A stretch of DNA of 64,000 nucleotides from Pocillopora damicornis (taxonomy: Eukaryota), in NCBI RefSeq assembly GCF_003704095.1, contig NW_020845264.1, forward strand, positions 682,001 to 746,000, written 5' to 3'. Below the pieces are notes generated by a model. The model was not told the DNA's origin. It did no database searches and was given only the letters and a program-made list of their open reading frames with translations. Position 1 is the stretch's first letter. Every line of letters begins with the position of its first letter. Position numbers and translations under genes: made by a program. This document shows, one piece after another, positions 11,311 to 21,924 of the stretch.

Positions 11311-12354
11311 ATGCCTCGTTCATTCACAATTAGGAGACTGCCTGAGCCAAAACGTTCAAACACATCACAAACTGCTGGTAAGGCTTCATTTTACCGAAAT
11401 ATCGTGAGATTTTTCCGACCTTTTCATTGATACAGCATTCTTTAAATTTAAGTGACCGAGAAACGAGGAGGTAACCAATAAATGAAAAGAAAAAAAAGGA
11501 CCCTCTTTATTAGGCTTTGTATGTGGTGTTCCCCAAATAGATACCGAGCTTTAAACGTAATGGAGTATGTGAAACGCTACCAATAATTCGAGTTAAAAAA
11601 GTTCAAAATTCTTCCGAAACATCCTTTGTCCACAAAATAATGAAGTCTATAATGTTCACTGGCAGCTTCGGTTTTGAAGTCGTCCGCCTTTGAAGACCTT
11701 TAGAATACGCTGGTCATGAAACTTTCCTTATCATTTGTAGGAAAGGATAAAAGTGAACGAGAACCAAAAGTCCTGAGATATCCAGATGCAGATAACACAA
11801 CAGTGGGAACTGAAACTAGCCAAGCAGGAAATGACTGGAGTGTTACACAAGAATCAGTAGATAGGAGCCAATTACAGGAGAGTGCAAGGGAATCTGCAGA
11901 GGGTCTCTCCTTTTCCATAGAAAAAATCCTAGCGTGGCCTGCCTCTGAAGCAAAACGTACCACGCGGAAACCTCTTATTAAACAGCCCAGCAATAGGACA
12001 AAGTACCACTGCCCTCACTGCCGAAAAGTCTTTAAAACGAGTTACACTTTTGGAAAACACATGAGAATGCCCGAGCACACGAGTGACAAGCCATTTGCAT
12101 GTCGAACATGTGGTAAAGGTTTTCGTCTCTCCAGTACGCTGTGCAGACACAAGATCATCCATACCAATCAGCGACCCTTCAAATGTCCCGTTTGTGGCAA
12201 AGCCTTCAATCGTCAATCTACACTAAACACACATCACAAAACCCATAAAGGCCTAGTAACGAATGACAACAGTGTCGACCAGCAAAGCTTCGGCTGCGTT
12301 GAAGTCTGGTATATTAATCAAGGTGTTTGGTTAAATCAAGCATCATTGATTTAA
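11311..12354 (+). CDS. Fez/FEZF-like C2H2 zinc-finger repressor (3 fingers) with N-terminal SNAG-like motif and Eh1 motif; 2 exons
   Basis: Exon 1 11311-11377 ([22 protein letters not shown], donor G|gtaagg, phase 1) splices in frame to exon 2 11741-12354 (acceptor tttgtag|GA). Eh1 is LSFSIEKIL. Fingers [21 protein letters not shown] and [21 protein letters not shown] match FEZF fingers 2 and 3. Confidence 0.85.
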
Positions 12355-12454
12355 ATCTCGCATGAAAAACTTCAAATAAATTGCGTTAAACTTTATGATT
12401 GTTTCATCTCACTTTTCCATCGTGAATAATTCTTCAACTGACTACTGCAATTGT

Positions 12455-13460
12455 GAGGGGGCATTAGGGCCTTTTAGAAACCGCAAAACCAGAGAAAAAA
12501 TCATCCGAAACCGAAAAACCGAAAAAACAATTCGATCAAAACCGAAAACTGCATGAAAACTGTCAAAACCGATACATTTTCACATCCTAGTTGTTAAAAC
12601 CCTGATCGATCCGATACAGTGGTGACAAGTGGAGCGTAAAGAGTAAACTACACTAATTTCATTACAGTATTTGTGAATGCCATGGACTTGGCATTCGTAT
12701 CTTCTAGTACCTGCTTAAACTATAGACTTTATTTCAGCTGCTCTCTCGAGGACCTCGAGTGTGGTATCTGCGGACTCGGCAGCTGGTAATGGAGCCCAGT
12801 TAAACTTAGGAAATTTGCACCAAAGTCCTCTAAAGTCCTCTATAGGATTACAATTTTAACTTTGCATCTAAACTTGCCTTTCTCTCTGAAATTCTCACCG
12901 CCTTTCCCCTCTTCGTAAAAAACGCGATACAATCAACAATTGACCGTCTTCTGTTGCCGGCGCGTTTGGCACGTTGGAAGACATGGTTCGCAAACTGATC
13001 GACCTTGACTTAAGTGCTCCACATTGCAAGGTCAAAGTCTTGGGCGTCATTCAAGACGCGTGAACCCCTACGGATGGTCAAAGTCATGGGCGTCATTCAA
13101 GACGCGTGAACCCCCTAGGGATCCCTGCGATATTTCAATTGGTTTGTCACGCATTCCTCTCAATAACATTTGCGTCTCGCGAGATCAGTGGAGGCGCGTA
13201 ATATTGCCGCTCAGATCGAAGAGTAACTGAAACCCAAATACGGTAGGTCAATTAGGAAAAACTGAAAACCGCATAGAATTTCAATTCCGAAAACCTGTTG
13301 GTATTTTTCGTGAAAACCGAAAACCAAATGCTAAAAAATGGAAAATCCGCAAACCGCAATGAACACCAAAACTGAAAAAACGAAGGTTTTTGACACAAAA
13401 CCGAAAAACCGATATAAAAATAGCCAAAACCGCAAAACCAAAAGTCCAAATGCCCCCCTC
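12455..13460. mobile_element. Non-autonomous DNA transposon (about 1 kb) with short TIRs and AAACCG sub-terminal arrays
   Basis: Ends gagggggcatt (12455) and aatgcccccctc (13460). Flanks aattgt / aactgt are a possible 6-bp TSD with 1 mismatch. Dense aaaccg motifs at 12478-12572 and 13258-13440. Internal 45-bp tandem duplication at about 13030-13117. Confidence 0.75.
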
Positions 13461-14676
13461 AACTGTCATTGAGCACCATCAGGCCCGCTCGGAACTCATT
13501 TTAGTTTGTAATTCCTTCAAGTGTTACTTCTTTGAACCAAATATAGGTAGTTCTCATAAGTCATATCCAAGTTTCCCTTTTTCCCTGATACAACTCAGAA
13601 ATATACGACCTGCCAATGTATTTTGAGCAAATATTCGGTGAACTCTGGATGCATGTGTAGATTGGCTCTAAATTTTCACATGGTCAGTTTTACAAGTTCT
13701 CTCTTTTCAAAAATCACTGTGCATTTGGATCGAAGACACAAACTGTTTTCCACAATTTGCAAACTGTTAATTCGTCAGTGCTGGTTATATGAATCATCCA
13801 TAACCGCGATCTAAACCTCTTCTCAATTTAGCGGGAAATGTAATGTCCACAATATAAAAGTGCTATCAATTTTTTGACTTCAAGATGGCAAACCGCAAAT
13901 TAATTCACCAAAGAAAGAATCAACCATCTAGCGGTTTTTCTTCCTCTCCTCAAAGCAATTTCTAATTTCTGCCAGGCGATCCTAAAAATAAACACACAAC
14001 TAAAAGGGTTAACAAATAAGATAAAAGATATTCTTCCTCAGTGGGTGTTTCCATCGAGACAATTTCATATTTTTTTTAGGCAGTTTATTTTACAACTGGT
14101 AAGTTATGACAACTGACAATGAACGATTTTAGAACGACAACGAAACCAAAAAAAACGTCAAAACAGAGCAAAGACATTCAAAGAAAAGCGTCGGTTTATT
14201 TTGAAAATTTAACCTGCCAAGCATTATATATTAATGAGATTTTGTGTCTTTGACGTTAAAACAAAATGCGGAAAAACGTCGTCTAAAAAGTGAATCCTGA
14301 GAACGAACATCTGCCGTTTAAATCAGAAGAATCTACCTGGTTAATAGTTCTTTGTGTTTCCCACCAAAATTGTCATTCAACATCGGTATCAAACGACTTG
14401 TTTATAGCACCTGTTCGAGGAAACGCTGGCCATATCCAAGTCTCAATTGAATTAATAATTTACCTATTACCTACTTGATGTGCAAGAAAGCTAGCCAGTC
14501 AGTGATGTTCTTGTACGCCTATGGCAACATCTACCACTCAGTTAGCGTGTTACACCCATATTTACTAAGTCACGGAAAAAATCGTCGTTTATTTTGGTCG
14601 GGCGAGACTTCTGTCAAGAGGAGGATGTAACGTAAATTACCAACCCGAGGAATGTTTTCTCACAGAAATATCTGAT

Positions 14677-17600
14677 ATGCTGTATGAAATGTTCAGCATC
14701 GTGTATTTTTTATTTCTTCTTGGCACATCGGCGACAGTGAGCATGGTTTCATACCCAAACTGTGACCAGCTCTCATCGACCGAGCTAAGTTTTGACGTAG
14801 AGTTCTGGACGACAAGACCATACACAAATTGCCGAGCCACTTCAACAACAAAGCGGACGAGCTTGCAGTCCTGTACAGAGGGTTGAGTATAAATATTTTA
14901 ATTCTAAATATATGCAGTTATTACTGTTTCCAAATCTACCTTAAAATGCAAGATAACACAGAACAAACTGACTACGCGGAGCACTTCCCCACCATATCTG
15001 AAAGTACATCAACAACGTTTTTTTATTGCACCATACGATCAAATCCGTTTTAAGATTCCAAGAACAGTTCGCAAGCTCACTTTCCTTGCAACCCAATCAA
15101 CGACTGTCACTGCGGTCGATTCTATATTGTTATTCTCACTGTGGTTAATTTCATCCCTGAAATTACGAAGAGTAAAACCCAAATTACTGTCAGATAACGC
15201 ATAGACGGATCTTGCATAGGGCCGGCTTCTAAATTAAAACCTCAACGAAAATAATAGGAGATGTCGGTCTTCTTGTCTATATACACAGGAAGCGAAAAAA
15301 ATATGTGAGAACAAAGCCTGTTATCTAACTGAGAACTCTTCATTATTTTTTGAGCGTAATTTGTTCCCCGGAGAGTTATGTCTAATTTACAGTTTGTGTT
15401 TGAATCAGTCTACAAGCCAAGCTAAATACCAGTTCACGTTGTAAAAGCTATAATTTAGAATAACTTGCAGTGCGAAGAGCAGAAAGGGATGTTGGTTTAT
15501 GTTATACAAATAGTTTCTTAAAAATATTACTCTACAGCAATTTCTTTTTCTATTGATTAAGTTAATTTCAGTTTGAAAGGAAGTCTTTGTTCACTTAAGG
15601 GAAAAACGAAATAGGTATTGTTTCATAAATGTTATGCGACTTGAACAAAAACTGGTAATTGCGACGTTATGCAAAACTCGGGTAAAAAAGGTAATGTTAT
15701 TGAATGTTATTTCAAATTTGGGGGGGCGGGAATTTCTTAGAATTAGTTCACAATATAATATTACGGCTTTGACTTTGAACAACTTAGAAAGATATCAGCT
15801 AGAAATGGTATCCTAAATTTTCGTTCTCATGTTTTCATAGCGAATTACAACCGGAGCACTCTCACACTGNNNNNNNNNNNNNNNNNNNNNNNNNNNNNNN
15901 NNNNNNNNNNNNNNNNNNNNNNNNNNNNNNNNNNNNNNNNNNNNNNNNNNNNCCCCCCCCCCCCCCCCCGTTACTTTTCCGGGGAAGAGGCATCTTTCGA
16001 GGTGAGACGCCATAATGTCTCTCAGCGCAGTTCATCTTTTGAAAGTAGTAATGCTCTACCTCGAGCTGTTTTTACATTATCATTATAACTTTCATCCGCC
16101 ATTGGAATTCAAAACGTTCTTATTACAACGACATCATGTGGTAAAACTAGGTCTGCACTGCGCATATGTGTCTAAAACAAATTGAAATGAATGTAATGTT
16201 TGATAACTTCATGCTCAGAGCTGTGCGGCACTTTCAGTCTATTTGGAAGGTCTGCTTAACAAATATCAATGGGTGCATAGGTGTACCAAAGTGTATTAGT
16301 TTTCAAGGAATTTTTTGGATAAACTATGAAACAGTTAGATTGTGAGTTCCGAGTTTTCTAAGCAAATCGATCACGGGAAAGTTTCTAAACTAATCAGATC
16401 ATGACTACCGAAGGACAAAATTTTGCAAATATTTAAGGAATGACAAATAAAATTTAATATGAAATCAGTTTTTGGAAATACGGGAACGGAAAACAAAACA
16501 GAAAGATTTGAACATGAGGTTTCCGTAAAATATTATTACGACAGATCTTCAATTGGTTACCAATAAATTAAATGCCACTTCACTGGCATTCTTGTAATAT
16601 TTATGCCAGTGACGTGGCGTAACCAAATCGCTTACATCGTCACGTTCGGTTAACTTCCGTGGTGTCCAGTTGCTACACACTAGACGTAAAAACAGTTCCA
16701 GCTACAGCTAAGTACAAAACAAAAATAAAACTCAATTTTTTTTTACTTCATCTTAGTTAATAATATAGCAAGTGAATTCGTGAAGTCAAATTCAATTGCG
16801 ATTGTGCAAGCTGATAACGCATCACGTACGGAATTTCTCCCAACAAAACATTGCATCGACTACCGCTTTGAAACTCAGCATTATAAATAAATTGGCTCAT
16901 AGCCTGCTCTGCGTTCATCGAGCAATTCTTACGCAACTTTCGAGCTCTTCAAATCTCCCGCGCTCTATATATCTCGCTGAGTGTACGTTAACGCATGAAA
17001 CACTTGTCGATTTTTCTTAAATCCCTTTCTTAGAGGAGGACCTATATGCCCAACTTTCAATATCGAGCCCTATACTTTTAGGGTTAATCCCCAATGAGCG
17101 CCTCTTTTATTTTGTGGAGGATTATTACTTTGGTAAGTGATCAAAGCGTACTCGTACTTTCTAAACCTCATCTCTATCCATGATTGCAGGCCTTCTTGGT
17201 AAATTCCTTCGCCAGATGATCAGGCCCTCTAAAATATCCTTCAAACCAACTGGAAACATGTTCCAAAAGACTTCCTCGAACAACACTAAAAATGTAACCA
17301 TCGCCATACCTTTTATGATAAAAAGGAATACGAACGATCCATGTGAGATTAAAGTGCATCACTCCAAAGGACCAGCCTACATCGCTAAAAGAAATCAGAT
17401 GCGGCCATTGACACAACTTGGACGGTCGTTTATTAACGGAGGACAGATTATAGGTTTAACACTCATTCTGACGGTTATATCCGGGGTCTTTATGTGGGTA
17501 TTGGTAAGTGGATGGCGCATTTCAAGTGGTTCAGCCAAAATTTACACAAATTTGCCTCGAAATCGTCTGATTTTTGTACTGCTCTTAGTTGACTGGTTCA

Positions 17601-20040
17601 AAGGAATTAAATTTGGTAATTCTATCTCTAGGTAGCCCAATTTTGCGGCCGATAAGGTGGTAACATTGACCGACAAATAAATAAGTCGTCGTTTGTCCAG
17701 CATTTTGTTTTATAGTGTGAAAAATGAAACATTTCTTTCAACAGGATCGCCACAAGAATCCTGTGGACTTCCCTCCTTCATTCATCAGGGGTTCCTGGCA
17801 GGGCTTTTGGTGGGCTTTCGTCACAATGACTACTGTTGGGTAGGTAATATTTTTTACACTTAAATATTGTCATTTTTTTTCTAACTTCCATACTAATGAC
17901 GTGAAAAAGAAACTATTATAATGATTATCATGATGATATTGAGAATAATAATAAATTGATAATGAAAAGGATGATAAAGATTACGATAATTCTGTACTTA
18001 TATGAGGTGATGTCTGTAGGTATGGGGACACTTCTCCTAAGTCCGTGCCAGCTCGTTTGTACAGTATTCTGTGGATGTTGTTGGGTATGGTCGCCTTCTC
18101 GGTTCTTACAGCCAATTTCACGAGTTCTTTGAATTATGAAATTGAAGAAGACTTGAATCTATTTGGAAAAACGGTAAGTGGTGTCTATTGATCGTTTGGC
18201 ACATGATTTGCTGAGCAGCATCGGCAGTAAGTTTCTCAAAACGTCTTTTGGGATGCGTGTCTTGAAAAAAGTCAATGGAGTGTCTGAAGAATAGAATCAA
18301 TATTATTTTTGCGCCCCCGGCTTCAGGTTGCAGTTTTGAATGGAAGTTTGGCGAGGCAAGTGGCGGTGTCAGAAGGGGCAAAATACAAAGGTAGGCAAAG
18401 AGGAACTGATATTGTGAATCATATGTGAGTCCAGAAAAAAAAAAAAAGAGGCGAAAAATAGCGCCACAGTCTCACTCGTACCTCTGCATTCAGAATGAAT
18501 GGCGCTGGATTGAATCAGAGAAAATTAAATCTAAAAATAAAACTCTGCCCTTCGCACCCAATTTCGATTAAATTACCTCATGAACAACGCAAAAATGTAG
18601 CTTTTGAAGTGGTTCTTCCTTCCAAAACCTAACCGGCCGAGTTTGACAGGTTCCAGTTGTGATGACCGGTGAATAAGTTCGAAGAAGCGACTATCATCAG
18701 AATTCCACCACCACCAAGATAAGGTTTAAAGATGTTTTTCATCGTCTCTCTCTCTTTCAGAATACAAAGACCTAAATGCAATGATCGCTGCACTGATTAA
18801 ACAGAAAAACCCACCCATAAATGGTTTCTTAATTGATAGACATATGGCTGTAGCAAGTCTGGAGCAACTTAAAAACAACACCCTGGCTATTGGCCGGACT
18901 ATTGACTACGATTACTACATTGGAATGAGCATAACTCCTCCCTACAACTCAACACAGTTGTGCAACGTGATAAAGAAATGCGCAACGGATGTTCTAAAGA
19001 GCAAAGACTTTGAACTAACAGCGTTACAGGTAATGAACACATAAGACTAAAGTAAACCTAGCTTGTCAGTATAGAATCGTTTCGTTCGGTATAGAATTGT
19101 TTTTGCCTGAAAAGACAGATAACTTGTTATTTCTTGTAATATACTTTTCCAATCCTTTACGACATTAATAGCATTCATTTCTTATGCAATGGGAGAAATA
19201 GAAATGTCGATGAATTTTTCAGAGGTTGGTAGAAAAAGTTCTGCGGATTCTTCCCAAAGTAAACCGAATAACATCCTCCGTTGTTTGATTTTCCTTCCTC
19301 CAGGAAAACTTTTCTTATTATCACTTTTTTTCTCCCATTTTTCGTAGATTCTTTCTCATTCAGTTCCTGTGATAGAGACCGTAAAACAGACAGCCAGTTT
19401 ATTTGAAGATTACGAGTTTCTCATCATTCTACTTGCTTTGTTTGGCATTCTTGTGGGCGGTGGCCTTATCTGGGAATATTTTTATTATAAACCCAAAATG
19501 GAGCGAATAAACAAAGTAAACGGTGAGTCTGAGATTAACCATTCTGTTTTTTTCACTTTTTTCACACTTCCATCTATCTTTTTAGAAGAGAGGCCGTGAA
19601 GACTTTTGGCAATGGGTGAATGAAAATAGGGAAACAAACTAAAGCTTTGAAGCACAATTATCAGCACGCGATTCGAATAACCTGAGTAATCATGTCTTTT
19701 CTCACTTTCGTGTATTCTATATGAGGAAGACTTTGAAATGGAAGGAGATGACGGAAGAAAGGAATCAGAGAGGGCCATCCTGTACACAAATGAAGTTGAA
19801 GAAATGTGTGAGGAATGCAAGGCGAAGGTAGAGAACATCATGAAAGAGGAAGGAAAGAAAAGGTGGCAGAGCATGCAGACCATAATAAGTCCGTTGGAAG
19901 GGTTTTCAATTATCGGTAGTCAGTTGAGTTCTATCCCTGGTGTTTCATCCATCAGAAGAATTGGTTCAGAGATTCCCCACAATGTTCAAAACTTGACGAG
20001 AAAATCAAAAAAGAACAAAAAAGATGGAATGCAACCGTAA
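14677..20040 (+). CDS. Ligand-gated-type channel with iGluR architecture (signal peptide-S1-M1-P loop-M3-S2-M4) and a K+ selectivity filter TVGYGD; GluR0/AvGluR1-like; 8 predicted exons
   Basis: Exons 14677-14881, 17190-17503, 17745-17839, 18020-18173, 18327-18390, 18761-19029, 19348-19522, about 19730-20040; phases are consistent. Signal peptide MFSIVYFLFLLGTSATVS. M1 IIGLTLILTVISGVFMWVL. Pore helix and filter GFWWAFVTMTTVG|YGD, split by intron 17840-18019. M3 ARLYSILWMLLGMVAFSVLTANFTSSL. PBP-like S2 VAVLNGSLA...YKDLNAMIAALIK...INGFLID. M4 FLIILLALFGILVGGGLIWEYFYY. An extra exon could be hidden in the gap at 15870-15952. Confidence 0.85.
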
Positions 20041-21447
20041 AAGCCGACAATTAAAAAAAAAACATTGATATCTTTCCGTATTTCAGTATTTGGAGAGTAT
20101 GGCTCCGGAATTGTTCCAGGAGACTGGACTAACAACTAAATTCCATGTGATGTTCATAAGGAATTAGTGCATGTGACCAAATGAACTGATTTTTTCCTAA
20201 GTAGAGTAGGAGGTTCAAACCATATTGAACACGTCTTGGAGTGTAAACGACCCAAACTTACACATACTGAATGATTTCGCCTGAGCAGATTTATGAACGG
20301 CCAAGGGCTGCCATTTAAGCTTTCATAGAACCCGGCGTCTCTTTAGAAATATAGTATAGTATAATATAGTATAATCTAGTGCAGAGAGATCACATTAAGT
20401 TCTTGTCCCAATTTTTTGGTCCTAGTTTTCTCAGTTTTCTGAATTCTCCTCTCACCAAATTGCTCTTTAAATTCGTTTTGATACAAATAACTTTTTTCAC
20501 CTCAAATCCATTTCAAATGATCAACTAACTGTGAGACAATTTTGTCATCCATGTAACTATCTTAAAACTAATGCCTTCAACTAAATATTTTGTTAACGTT
20601 TTTCTTATTTAGTAGTTAGAACCGATGCCTTTAGTTAAATATTTTGTTGACGTTTTTTTCTTGTTTAGTAGTGAGTCAATGAAGGTATTTTCTATAACAA
20701 TACTTTAAATAGTTTATTAGTCTCCACACAGTGGATGGATTACATTTTTCACAGATTTAACAACAGTGACTAAAAGAAAAGACTCTGCATAGCAAACAAA
20801 TTAGCTTTCTCATAAACGTAAGGGGATTCGTAACAGAGCAGCACTGTCATGGTGTATTCTAGAACTACGATCGTAAGTAGCTATATAATTTTGTTATGCA
20901 AATCGTTAAGTGTCCCTGTGGAAATATTGTAAAAAATTTGGTAACAGCTGTAATAAACACGCCATTGACAGACTTAATCTGGGAAAAATACAACGCGACT
21001 CGTAAAATAATGTCAGATAATGGAATAAGGTGTATGTATCTAATGGAAACAGCGTAGATGTTTGTGTCTATTATTGACTGGACAGTGTGGATAGTTGTTT
21101 ATACTGTAGAGAGAAAAATATCCACCGTAGACAGTGTAGCTTAATCTGACCAGTCAAAGTGATCCATAAACTTTTTCTTTGAGTCTCCTTCACACCATCC
21201 ATCTAAGTATCTAACGACAATATCACATCTGGCAAAACTGAACACAAGCTTTAATCCACCGAGAACTAAATCATCTCACAAAACTTTTGTGCAATCGACC
21301 GTACATGAATGACGCATCAAAAGTGTTACACCATTATATAAAATAGAATAATGAAACAGAGGAAGAGGCTGATATTTGCTGTGTATCGGGCTCTTTATCG
21401 ATAAATGTCGGTCTTTTTTTGCTCACCCTCCCCGGTCCCTAAGACGG

Positions 21448-21800
21448 CTGTATCACCTGTAAACGGTATTAATATCTACTGGACAGTGTAAATAGTTGTA
21501 TTTACCGCAGTATGATCCACTTTTGACTGCATCACCTGTAAACGGTATTAATATCTGCCGGACAGTGTAAATAGTTGTATTTACTGTAATATGATCCACT
21601 TTTCCTATAGACAGTCTAAGTGTGGTAAACGCAAACTGTTACCGTCCTTGTATTTATTGTAGTATGATCCACTTTTGACTGTATCACCTGTAAACGGTAT
21701 TAATATCTACTGAACAGTGTAAATAGTTGTATTTACTGTAGTATGATCCACTTTTTCCTGTAGACAGTCTAAGTGTGGTAAACGCAAACTGTTACCGTCC
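21448..21800. repeat. Composite tandem repeat (about 79-bp unit plus about 45-bp unit) just upstream of RRS1
   Basis: tcacctgtaaacggtattaatatct...cagtgtaaatagttgtattta occurs 3 times. tagacagtctaagtgtggtaaacgcaaactgttaccgtcct occurs twice. Confidence 0.9.
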
Positions 21801-21924
21801 TGGCATGAAGGATAACCCTCACATTGTGGCTAAGGAGACTATAGTTAGTAGGACTGGGAACTACGCTGTGTAACCTAGCTTGCTTAAAATCACCCATGAT
21901 GCTCTAGGTTATTTGTATTTCAAC

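Noticed and set aside
11716-11740. ORF-track start MKLSLSFV for the zinc-finger gene
   Set aside because: It reads through a pyrimidine tract and acceptor. The spliced SNAG-like exon at 11311 is a better start.
13252-13626. Short F- or K-rich ORFs
   Set aside because: Translations of the AAACCG transposon arrays.
17745-18173. Bacterial contamination or recent HGT as explanation for the KcsA-like pore
   Set aside because: The pore is interrupted by spliceosomal introns and embedded among animal genes. Ancient transfer cannot be excluded without a phylogeny.
21448-21800. Repeat array considered as CRISPR
   Set aside because: Eukaryotic context, no unique spacers, no cas genes. It is a tandem repeat.
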